This document shows, one piece after another, positions 44,113 to 52,455 of a stretch of DNA of 64,000 nt (its first letter is position 1; each line of letters opens with the position of its first letter). The DNA comes from an uncultured Gammaproteobacteria bacterium. Lineage in GTDB: Bacteria; Pseudomonadota; Gammaproteobacteria; SZUA-229. The stretch spans positions 65,580-129,579 of the forward strand of contig CAVRHW010000021.1 of the NCBI GenBank assembly GCA_963721085.1, written 5' to 3'. Position numbers and translations under genes: made by a program. Below the pieces are notes generated by a model that saw only the letters and a program-made list of their open reading frames with translations, was not told where the DNA came from and searched no databases.

Positions 44113-44440
44113 AGCGATTATTTTTTGACCAGTGAGGTTGGTCGAATTAAAGTGGTCAGAGTCCTTTTTCCTGGCTGCGGTTTATTTGTGTTTCTGAAGA
44201 TATGCGTTTTTACCACTCCCCTTACAGCTTGCCATGTCGCAGTGCTTCGGTAGCGGCAATCGGGCAGGACGCCCGATTGAGTCTCGTGCGCAGGACGCGC
44301 ATCGAGACGACGCGTTAGCGAAGTGCTGTGACATGGGAACCCCATGTGTTTTTTACATGGGGCAAGTTGTAGGGGCGTATTCCTTTGGTTACTTTCCTTG
44401 TACGAGCAAGGAAAGTAACTCGCCCGTGGGTGCGAGAACC
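44113..44440 (-). repeat. structured repeat: module B (44113-44232, IS-interrupted) plus module A copy 2 (44215-44440)
   Basis: 13-bp hairpin GTTACTTTCCTTG/CAAGGAAAGTAAC (44388-44419). Hairpin CCCCATGT/ACATGGGG (44340-44362). 17-bp stem at 44233-44249 / 44319-44335 enclosing two hairpins with AGGAC loops. The module B part is ~87% identical to 45454-45572. Confidence 0.8.
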
Positions 44441-44482
44441 CACTACCACCAAAATTTGTCAGCGGCAAAACTTGAATCGAAG

Positions 44483-44530
44483 AAAAAGGTGACGGAGGGA
44501 TTAAAATTTAATCCCTCCGTCACCTTTTTT
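44483..44530. terminator. bidirectional rho-independent terminator downstream of the peroxiredoxin gene
   Basis: 18-bp perfect palindrome GGTGACGGAGGGATTAAA/TTTAATCCCTCCGTCACC flanked by A5 and T6. Confidence 0.8.
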
Positions 44531-44570
44531 CTACACCTAACTCGTGTTGGCTTTGACCCCGTTCTACTTC

Positions 44571-45227
44571 CTACTTTTTCGGTGCCTTCGCAAATCGCAG
44601 ATAAGGCAGCTTAATATCAATCTCTCCGAATTTGTCCTTCGCCTGCTTATCATTCAGACTCAGCCCGACAATCACGTCCTGACCGGGCACCCAGTTGGCG
44701 GGCGTTGCGATCGGTGCGCCGTCAGTGGTCTGGATAGCATCCAGCGCACGCAAAATCTCCGCGAAGTTGCGACCCACAGACATCGGATAAGACATGGTTA
44801 GGCGGACCTTTTTGTCCGGACCGATGATGAATACAGTCCGCACGGTGGCGCTGTCGGCAGGCGTACGAGCCATCGGCAGATAGGCATCGGCTGGCAGCAT
44901 GTCGTACAGTTTGGAGACTTGCAGCGAAGTGTCGTCGATGATCGGGAAATCGGCAGGAACGCCGGCAAAAGCCTCGATATCGCGCTTCCATTTCTTGTGC
45001 TCTTCAACGTTGTCCACAGATACGCCCATCACCTTGGTTTTGCGTTTGGCAAATTCAGGTGCAAGCTGAGCAACTGCGCCGAACTCGGTCGTACACACTG
45101 GCGTAAAATCTTTTGGATGCGAAAACAGGATGGCATAGCTGTCGCCGATCCAGTCGTGAAGTGTGAGCTTGCCGGCAGTGGAGTCCGCCGTGAAGTCTGG
45201 AGCGATATCGTTGATTCGAATAGACAT
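44571..45227 (-). CDS. 1-Cys peroxiredoxin (Prx6-like)
   Basis: MSIRINDIAPDF ... FSHPKDFTPVCTTE peroxidatic Cys motif. 218 aa counted from the ATG at 45227. Confidence 0.9.
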   Translation of the reverse strand: MSIRINDIAPDFTADSTAGKLTLHDWIGDSYAILFSHPKDFTPVCTTEFGAVAQLAPEFAKRKTKVMGVSVDNVEEHKKWKRDIEAFAGVPADFPIIDDTSLQVSKLYDMLPADAYLPMARTPADSATVRTVFIIGPDKKVRLTMSYPMSVGRNFAEILRALDAIQTTDGAPIATPANWVPGQDVIVGLSLNDKQAKDKFGEIDIKLPYLRFAKAPKK

Positions 45228-45438
45228 GATAGTTGTCCTTAGTTGTTGTTCAGTTAATTTGTAAAGCCACTTATTAATAAGACATCCTTTTGCAATGATC
45301 GTTCCCATAACAATGCAGGCAAATGGGGACAAACCACGATTTCTCGGTCTTTCAGACAAACAGGCGATTTTCACTACTCCTTGCGGTATACCGAGATACG
45401 TAAAGAAAGCAGGTTAATGACATGAAACTATTTTATCT

Positions 45439-45572
45439 AATTAAAGGGGACGCAGCGATTTTTTTTGACCAGTGTGGTTGCTCGCAATAAAGTGGTCAGA
45501 GCCCTTTTTCCCGGTTGTGGTTTATTTGTGTTTCTGATGATATGCGTTTTCACCCCTCCCCTTACAACTAGC
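45439..45572 (-). repeat. module B repeat, uninterrupted copy (empty site for the IS)
   Basis: AATTAAAGGGGACGC|AGCGATTTTTTTTGACCAGTG ... CCCTCCCCTTACAACTAGCC. Aligns with 42587-42601 plus 44113-44232. Confidence 0.8.
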
Positions 45573-45784
45573 CGAGCCGGGTCGCTTTGCTAGCGTGAAT
45601 CAGGTGTCCTGTGATTTATATCTTCTAAAAAAACATACAATTTATGGCGTCAAATCCCTTTTTCTCGCGCACGGAACTTTTCTCCGCTGAAAGCAATACT
45701 TGCCGTGACTTTTACGGACGGATGAAACTATATAAAAATGCATGAGTCCGAGCCTGTGAATCACAAACAAAGGAGGTATAAATA

Positions 45785-46012
45785 ATGAAAGCGTCAAGCA
45801 TTATCAATGCGACTCTGATCGCTGGTGTGTTACTTATAGCCTTACCCGGTTGTGAGAAAGGCCCGGCAGAGAAAGCCGGAGAAAAAATCGATAATACAGT
45901 AGATAAAGTCGGAGACACTGTAAATAATGCGGCAAATAAAGCCGAGGATAAGATGGATAAAGCTGGTGATGCCATCAAGGATAAGATGAAGGACGACAAC
46001 AAAAACGAATAA
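45785..46012 (+). CDS. small lipoprotein with Lys/Asp-rich repeats
   Basis: AGGAGG RBS, lipobox LPGC, repeated KxGDxxxxxxxKAxDK pattern; 75 aa. Confidence 0.6.
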   Translation: MKASSIINATLIAGVLLIALPGCEKGPAEKAGEKIDNTVDKVGDTVNNAANKAEDKMDKAGDAIKDKMKDDNKNE

Positions 46013-46105
46013 AAAGAAGGGCGGAGGAATATATTTTTGATCATGTTTTTATATGATCGTTAACCCATTCCTCCGCCTATTTATTTGCTACCTGATTAAT
46101 GTGTG

Positions 46106-46135
46106 GGTAACAAATGAGAACCATTAGCGAGTAAC
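46106..46135 (+). repeat. fragment resembling the C-repeat interior abutting an IS-end-like sequence
   Basis: GGTAACAAATGAGAA matches the C1 sequence GGTGACAAATGAGAA at 14 of 15 positions. It is followed by CCATTAGCGAGTAAC, which matches the IS end CCATTAGCCAGTAGT (42602-42616) at 12 of 15 positions. Confidence 0.3.
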
Positions 46136-46250
46136 CGGGCATTACACTGCCCTCAAATATATATTCTTCGATATTGTCTTAAATCAACATTCTGCTCTCG
46201 ATACCTGCATCTCTTTCTTATATGATGACTGTGGAACCCAGGCAAAAGAG

Positions 46251-46607
46251 GTGGCCGCGATGAAACCCATTATTATTGAATTTACTGCAAAAGCCGGCGA
46301 TCAGGAATTTAAAGAGGAAAGTGTCACTTTCCATAATCCGGAAGAGTTCTTTGCCTTTGTGGCGCCAGGTGGCGGCTGTGATGCAATTCCCAATGAAGTC
46401 GGTGAAATCAATATGAACTTACTTCAGCCTGAACACGCAAACACGCAGAACCCGGTGGCCGACAAACGTGTCACCCTGGAGCTGGGCATGGTTTTTATAA
46501 CAGGGCCGTTAGCCGAAATCGTGCAGACTGCGGAACAGATTATCGATAAAGCAGGTAGAGGCGAACTTACCGACTCGTTTCTGAAGGTAATCAACGTAAG
46601 CCGCTAA
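46251..46607 (+). CDS. hypothetical protein
   Basis: An ORF of 118 aa with no recognisable motif. The start is uncertain (GTG at 46251 or ATG at 46260). Confidence 0.4.
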   Translation: MAAMKPIIIEFTAKAGDQEFKEESVTFHNPEEFFAFVAPGGGCDAIPNEVGEINMNLLQPEHANTQNPVADKRVTLELGMVFITGPLAEIVQTAEQIIDKAGRGELTDSFLKVINVSR

Positions 46608-46795
46608 ACTGAATCAGGCGTTTCCTCCCTCCCCTCACGACTTGATGGTCCAATTTGAAAGCGCCATGAGATGGGATCAATGAGGACAGACGCCTTTTCC
46701 AATACCGCATCTTATCTTTCAGCATGCGCTGAACCATAGCGGTTTCCGGTCAGATTGTTCGCCAGCTCACTCAGCAACGGCGGTAATGCTAACGG

Positions 46796-47374
46796 CTATC
46801 GCTTCACCAGCTGCTCTACCCACTCATCCAGGATATCGGCTTCGCGTTTTAAGAACTGGATATCGTGATAAGTATGCGCTACTACGCTAATGCCCTGGTT
46901 TCTGGAGATCAGGTGCAGCGCGTATTGCTCGGCTTTTTTTTTGCTGAAACCGAGTTGTATGAACTGGTCTGTCAGAAAATTTTTGAATAAATCGAATATG
47001 CCTCTTGCGTATGGCTGCAAGTCTTTATGGCTTTTGCCAAGCTGGGTGTTCAGTGTGCCCATGGGGCATCCATACTCAATGGCATCGTTGCCGTCATTTC
47101 GCAGGATTTGTATAAAACGCTTGATTCTTTCCTTTGGCGTTTTTATGGTTTCGGTCCATTCCTTTAGTGTTTTGGTCACGTCATCGATACGATAATCGAC
47201 GATGGCATACAGGATATCTTCTTTTGATTTGAAGTGGTGATAGAAATTACCACGGGATATATTGGCCTTTTCCGCAATCTGGGTAAAAGAGGTTTCTTCA
47301 TAGCCATTATGATAAAACAGCTCGTTGGCGGCTTTAATGATCACCGATTTGACTGATTGCTGCTTTTTAACCAT
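46796..47374 (-). CDS. TetR/AcrR family transcriptional regulator
   Basis: N-terminal HTH (FTQIAEKANISRGNFYHHFKSKEDIL) typical of TetR_N. Confidence 0.9.
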   Translation of the reverse strand: MVKKQQSVKSVIIKAANELFYHNGYEETSFTQIAEKANISRGNFYHHFKSKEDILYAIVDYRIDDVTKTLKEWTETIKTPKERIKRFIQILRNDGNDAIEYGCPMGTLNTQLGKSHKDLQPYARGIFDLFKNFLTDQFIQLGFSKKKAEQYALHLISRNQGISVVAHTYHDIQFLKREADILDEWVEQLVKR

Positions 47375-47546
47375 GGCGCGCCGGACTAAGTAGTTGATCG
47401 TTATATTATATCCTCACTTTTCACATTTATCAGCCATCGTTGGCGCAAGCACGCCGATTACGGCCGTTATTAATATTCGAGGAACCTCAGATTTAATCAA
47501 CGGTTCCGCGTGGCACATCCATGGTTTATCAGACCTTCATTAAATA

Positions 47547-48524
47547 TCAGGCAATTTTTTTGGCTTCCATGCCGGTACCTTCGGCCACTTTGTTCACGAA
47601 CTGAAGGATGCGTTGTCCGACTTCTTCGCCGGCATCTTCCTGCAGGTAATGGCCTGCATTCCGGACCAGATAGAATTCCCCATCGGGTACCGTCTGGGCT
47701 ATCCGCCTGCCCTCGTCGGGCTTCCAGGCCATGTCGCCGTCGGCTGAGATGACAAGGACTGGCAGTTTCCAGGTCTGGAGTGTTTTTCGAATCTCATCTA
47801 TGTAGGCGGCATCTGGATGTGTGCTGTGGTTGGGGATTAGTTTTGCAAAGGCTGCGATGCCCGCGCGTTTTTCGGGTTTGTCGTGCGGCATCAGGTAGTT
47901 TTCCATGGCTCTTGGGTCCACTGGCCTGCGCATGCCGGCGCCGAATATTTTTGAGGGATTACCCGTCCGCCATTTTTGCCAGACAAATTTCCTGAACACG
48001 TCCAGTCGTTTCACCACGAAGCTTGAAAAAGCGCCGTTTTTAAACAGGAAGGTGTAAATTCGCGGCAGTGGTGAAGTGATGATGTCGAGCACCTTGCGTT
48101 CTTTATTATTTGCGGGAAACCTCTCTATAAACGTATTCAGGATAACCAGTGCTTTTATGTTGCTCTGATTTTCAATCGCATAACGCAGTGTGATCGGGCC
48201 GCCCCAGTCCTGGCCGATCGGGATGATATCCGTCAGGTTTAGTCGGGTGATCAGCTGGGTCATCATGGCCACATGCCGCTGCAGCGTGTGTGCGCTTTCT
48301 TCAGCTGGCTTGTGCGAGAGCCCGAATCCCATTAAATCAGGCACCACACAACGGTAACCGGCATTCACCAGTATCGGGATCATTTTTCGATAGACATAGC
48401 TCCAGGTGGGCATACCGTGCATCATCCAGATGACAGGCCCTTCGCCTTCGTCTATGTAATGTATGCGCTGGCCATCAATTTCCATGTATCTGTCTTCGAA
48501 GGGATATTCAAATCGTGGGCTCAC
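47547..48524 (-). CDS. alpha/beta hydrolase (haloalkane-dehalogenase-like fold)
   Basis: HGMPTWSYVYR ... DWGG nucleophile elbow ... C-terminal His region. Confidence 0.8.
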   Translation of the reverse strand: MSPRFEYPFEDRYMEIDGQRIHYIDEGEGPVIWMMHGMPTWSYVYRKMIPILVNAGYRCVVPDLMGFGLSHKPAEESAHTLQRHVAMMTQLITRLNLTDIIPIGQDWGGPITLRYAIENQSNIKALVILNTFIERFPANNKERKVLDIITSPLPRIYTFLFKNGAFSSFVVKRLDVFRKFVWQKWRTGNPSKIFGAGMRRPVDPRAMENYLMPHDKPEKRAGIAAFAKLIPNHSTHPDAAYIDEIRKTLQTWKLPVLVISADGDMAWKPDEGRRIAQTVPDGEFYLVRNAGHYLQEDAGEEVGQRILQFVNKVAEGTGMEAKKIA

Positions 48525-48542
48525 TGGATACGCCTCCTGTTG

Positions 48543-49553
48543 TTAATTTTCTAGCGAGCAATACATGCGCATTGGTTTCGTCTGCCGCAGATCCATTTCA
48601 TTTACCTGTTCCCTGATCGCCTGTTTCCAGCTGATTTTTGGCTGGTATCCCAGCCTGGTCCTGGCCTTATCATTATTGACATTCACTTCTTCGAGTAGAT
48701 GAATAATGCTTCTGGTGACGAGTGGTTCCCAGGGTACGATGGGGTCGATGATTTCCATGAACCGGGCAAATGGATACGCGATAAAAAACGGCACGCTGAA
48801 ATGAGGCTTTGGGTAACCAAATTCTTCATGTATAAATGTAATGACATCCCGGGCGGTTGGTACTTCCGGGCCAACAATATTGAATGCTTCATAGCCTTTG
48901 ATATTGCCTGACGTGGCGGCGAGCGAGAATGCCAGTCCGATATCTTCACCCGATATGATGGGCATGCTGGTTTTACCGCTGTTCACCCAGGGAACTAAAT
49001 GGGTACGTAATCGCGGCAGTAATACAGGCAAAACCCCAAGGCTATAGCGTTTGCCCGCAAACAGTCCAACTCTTAGTGAAACCATGTCACAGCCATCCTG
49101 GGCTTTTTCACGCATTACGTTCTCTATCTTGATAATCGTATTCATATGAGGCCAAAGTTTGCGCATAATCCCCGGATGGAGTGCATCGGCCGATTTCAGG
49201 GGAGCGGCAACGCTTGTTGTACTTATAAACAGAAATCGCTTTACACTGGACTGCGGCAGTTTGTCGATCAGTTTAAGCGTGGGCTTTAAATACAATTCTT
49301 CTGATTCACGTGCATGGCCCCACAGCGCTGCCCAGCTTCCTGCATGGCAGACAATGTCCACGCCGTCCAGCAGGTGATCGATATAGTCATCATCTCGCAG
49401 ATCACCTTCTCTGATTTCGCCATCGAAAAACGATGGCAATTTTTTAGCATTTCTACATGCTGCAATCACACGTATATCATTTCTCTGCGACATGGTTTCA
49501 AGAATATGACTACCCACAAAACCGTTTGCCCCTGTTATTAATACTGTTTGCAT
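48543..49553 (-). CDS. NAD(P)-dependent epimerase/dehydratase family SDR
   Basis: VLITGANGFVGSHI Rossmann motif; extended-SDR length of 336 aa. Confidence 0.8.
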   Translation of the reverse strand: MQTVLITGANGFVGSHILETMSQRNDIRVIAACRNAKKLPSFFDGEIREGDLRDDDYIDHLLDGVDIVCHAGSWAALWGHARESEELYLKPTLKLIDKLPQSSVKRFLFISTTSVAAPLKSADALHPGIMRKLWPHMNTIIKIENVMREKAQDGCDMVSLRVGLFAGKRYSLGVLPVLLPRLRTHLVPWVNSGKTSMPIISGEDIGLAFSLAATSGNIKGYEAFNIVGPEVPTARDVITFIHEEFGYPKPHFSVPFFIAYPFARFMEIIDPIVPWEPLVTRSIIHLLEEVNVNNDKARTRLGYQPKISWKQAIREQVNEMDLRQTKPMRMYCSLEN

Positions 49554-49565
49554 TGTATTTGTCCT

Positions 49566-50042
49566 TTAGATTTGATTTGAGATAAGCGTAAATTTCTTCC
49601 ACCATGAAGAACTGGCAGCTGGTGACTGGTTTAAATCAGTGGGCTTTAGCGTGCTAATCACCCAGCCAGGCAATGGAGCCTCTTTTGCGATACTGCAGAC
49701 CCCATGCCCCATTCGTTTTGGATGAAATATTTTGATAAAGCTGGGGTTTTCTTTGTCATCCGCATAAACCACGCCACAATATTTCTCATGATGTGTTTCA
49801 CGCAGCCATTGATCGATGTCTTTAACAAACGCCTGTAGCTCCGGGCCATCCACGGTAGTGACAGGTGGCTGTTCAGTTAAATCGTAGATATACCATTGTG
49901 TGTTCGGATGCTGGTTCGTTTTCTTTCCAAGGGTTTGCCAGAGCGCATCCAGATCTGGCCAGTACAGCATTCCGTAAAAATTTGATTTAAATTTTTCTAA
50001 ATACAGATCTCCCGATTCATCCAAAGCGTTTTCTGCTCGCAT
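49566..50042 (-). CDS. hypothetical protein, first gene of the TetR-linked operon
   Basis: 158-aa ORF, 12 nt upstream of the SDR gene on the same strand. No motif recognised. Confidence 0.5.
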   Translation of the reverse strand: MRAENALDESGDLYLEKFKSNFYGMLYWPDLDALWQTLGKKTNQHPNTQWYIYDLTEQPPVTTVDGPELQAFVKDIDQWLRETHHEKYCGVVYADDKENPSFIKIFHPKRMGHGVCSIAKEAPLPGWVISTLKPTDLNQSPAASSSWWKKFTLISNQI

Positions 50043-50048
50043 ACGTCA

Positions 50049-50109
50049 CCTGTTGACTGGTTCAGATACGATTACGAGGCTAATACATACGTATGTATGT
50101 GTCAACAGG
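50049..50109. promoter_or_regulatory. nested palindrome / candidate TetR operator overlapping a promoter-like sequence
   Basis: Perfect 16-bp palindrome ATACATACGTATGTAT (50083-50098) nested inside the 9-bp inverted repeat CCTGTTGAC/GTCAACAGG (50049-50057 / 50101-50109). On the minus strand TTGACA (50100-50105) directly precedes the palindrome. Confidence 0.5.
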
Positions 50110-50377
50110 ATGGATTATATAAAACTGACAAAACTGCCACTCATCTGTGAAGCCTTGCAGAGACCGGGTAAGGATAGGGTTATTGGTGTCAGGGACAGCG
50201 CTGCCTGACCCGCATAGCTCACCACAGCGACGAACGGTATATTAACACCGATAATATGAATAAAATCAATAAGTCACGTTCTTTTTAGATCTGGATCAAG
50301 GTATACTGCCCGGCCTCAGCTATAGTTCATTTAGACAAAAAACATCGGGAAGTGGACGCCCTGAACGTGAGAAATCC

Positions 50378-52171
50378 ATGCAATCAGAATTACAGTCCGT
50401 CGAGCAAGCGACTGAACAGCACAGTGACATCCATTCCGTTGATGACCTGCAGAACATTATCTGGTCTGCGCATCCCATGCACGAGCTGCATCTTGGCGAA
50501 GCCTTGATTGAAAGCGACCTGCTGGCGCAGCAGGATCTTGATACAGCGCTCAAAGAACAGAAGCAGAAGCCAGGCACTCAGCTGGGTGAAATCCTGGTGC
50601 AAAAAAAGCTTGTGAAACAGGGCGATATTTATATGGCCATGGCGCGCAAGCTTGGCATCCCACGTGTTTCGATCAAAAACCATACTCCTCAGCAGGAAGC
50701 AATGGCGCTGATCTCGGCCGACATAGCACTGCAATATACCGTGATGCCACTGGCGATCATCAACAATAAACTTGTTGTTGCCATGGAAAATCCTCTGGAT
50801 ATAAAAACGATCGAACTCCTTCAGTTTCACAGTGGCTACCAGATCGAAGCGGTCATCGCCTCGCATGATGAACTTAATCACATGCTGGGTACCTATTACG
50901 GGCGTATAGGCGAAACCGAAATCCTGGATGAAATCGACGAAATCGATGACGCTAATGTCAAAAATCTTTTGCATGAAATGGGTCACGTCAGTCCCAATTC
51001 AATTGAATTCGAAGCCAGCAAAAAACCAGTCGGTCGTTTGCTGAACACGATTATCCTGCAGGGCGTATTGCGAAGTGCATCGGATATTCATATCCGACCG
51101 GGAAAAGACTACGGCGATATTCTGTATCGAGTGGATGGCATGCTGCAATATTCACGTCGCATCAAGAAATCTTTACTGCTGCCTTTAATCGCCCGTCTCA
51201 AGATCATCGGTAACATGGATATCGCAGAACGCAGGATGCCCCAGGACGGGCACGCACGCATAGTGCACCAGAACAATAATGTTGATTTTCGTATTTCGAT
51301 CATTCCCAGCGTTAAAGGCGAAAGCGCGGTCATTCGCATTCTTAATAAAGAAGTGGGCATGCTGCCATTGTATGACCTGGGCTTTATGGATAAAGACTTT
51401 AAAAAAATCAATCAGCTCATCAGCCACAATCATGGCATGGTACTGGTCACCGGCCCTACCGGTTCAGGCAAATCAACCACGCTGTATGCCGCGCTGAACG
51501 AGGTTAAAAAACGGGGGCCACACATAATTACTGTCGAAGACCCTGTTGAATACGACATGGATGATGTGGTGCAGATACAGGTCAATAATATTATCGACTA
51601 TACATTTGCCGAAGCCTTAAGACACATTTTGCGCCACGATCCTGACGTGATCATGATTGGTGAAATTCGCGATCTCGAAACCGCGAACATTGCAGTCAAG
51701 GCCGCGTTGACCGGGCACCTTGTGTTCAGCACCTTACACACCAATGATGCACCCAGTTCTATTACGCGCCTGACCGAAATGGGCATCGAGCCTTATCTGG
51801 TCAGTTCTACCGTGCTGGGTGTTGTCGCGCAGCGCCTGGTCAGAAAGATTTGTCCAGACTGCAAGGAACCGGACAGCACCAGTACGTCTGAAATTCACGA
51901 AATTTTAAAAGTTAAAAAGGATGATGTTTTCTATCATGGCAAAGGTTGCCCAACATGTAACTTTAGCGGCTATCATGGCCGAACCACGGCCATCGAACTG
52001 CTGGTGGTCACACCGGAAATCATAGAACTCATCAACAAACACGCGCCGGAAGATGAGTTGCGCAAACTGGCGATAAAACAGGGCATGCAAACTCTGACCG
52101 AAAACGCAATCGAACTGGCGCGCCGCGGTCTGACCACGCTCAACGAGGTATTTGCGATCCGGCTGGAATAA
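50378..52171 (+). CDS. GspE/PilB-family secretion ATPase with N-terminal T2SSE_N/MshEN-like region (orphan)
   Basis: Walker A GPTGSGKST, Asp and His boxes, and a C-terminal CxxC...CxxC cluster (CPDC...CPTC). No other pilus or T2SS genes are nearby. Confidence 0.85.
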   Translation: MQSELQSVEQATEQHSDIHSVDDLQNIIWSAHPMHELHLGEALIESDLLAQQDLDTALKEQKQKPGTQLGEILVQKKLVKQGDIYMAMARKLGIPRVSIKNHTPQQEAMALISADIALQYTVMPLAIINNKLVVAMENPLDIKTIELLQFHSGYQIEAVIASHDELNHMLGTYYGRIGETEILDEIDEIDDANVKNLLHEMGHVSPNSIEFEASKKPVGRLLNTIILQGVLRSASDIHIRPGKDYGDILYRVDGMLQYSRRIKKSLLLPLIARLKIIGNMDIAERRMPQDGHARIVHQNNNVDFRISIIPSVKGESAVIRILNKEVGMLPLYDLGFMDKDFKKINQLISHNHGMVLVTGPTGSGKSTTLYAALNEVKKRGPHIITVEDPVEYDMDDVVQIQVNNIIDYTFAEALRHILRHDPDVIMIGEIRDLETANIAVKAALTGHLVFSTLHTNDAPSSITRLTEMGIEPYLVSSTVLGVVAQRLVRKICPDCKEPDSTSTSEIHEILKVKKDDVFYHGKGCPTCNFSGYHGRTTAIELLVVTPEIIELINKHAPEDELRKLAIKQGMQTLTENAIELARRGLTTLNEVFAIRLE

Positions 52172-52455
52172 TACCAATTAAAAACCGTTGCATCGCACCG
52201 GCCCGGTCGGGCTGGTAGATTTTAAGAAACCCTCATAACTGGCCGCAAACCACGCATATAAACTGGTAACAGTGCTTTTTACTTTGCGCGCTTTTCATTT
52301 CGCGGCAGATGTTTTTCTCACAGCTGCCAAAAGCTGTCAGGATACAGCAGTCGCTCGAAATGGCATCTACGATCAGATTCCGGCATCCTCCGGTGCGGAA
52401 AGCCACCAAATTCGCGTATCATAGCCACTTCCTGTTAAACCTGTTGTCACCAGCC

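Noticed and set aside
44118-44614. ORFs 44118..44468 (-) and 44234..44614 (+) upstream of the IS.
   Set aside because: They run straight through the hairpins of the module A/B repeat and through the bidirectional terminator. Their open frames are explained by the palindromic repeat structure rather than by coding.
40187-45572. Integron cassette array / attC sites (CALIN) as the explanation for the structured repeats bracketing single genes.
   Set aside because: No intI gene is present. None of the repeats has the RYYYAAC ... GTTRRRY core pair. The GTTAC...GTAAC hairpin has its GTT/AAC in the wrong (outer-5') arrangement. The resemblance is kept only as an analogy.
47547-49553. OleB/OleD (olefin biosynthesis) assignment for the alpha/beta hydrolase and SDR pair.
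   Set aside because: OleA (thiolase) and OleC (AMP-ligase) are absent from the operon and the window. Fold-level resemblance alone is insufficient.
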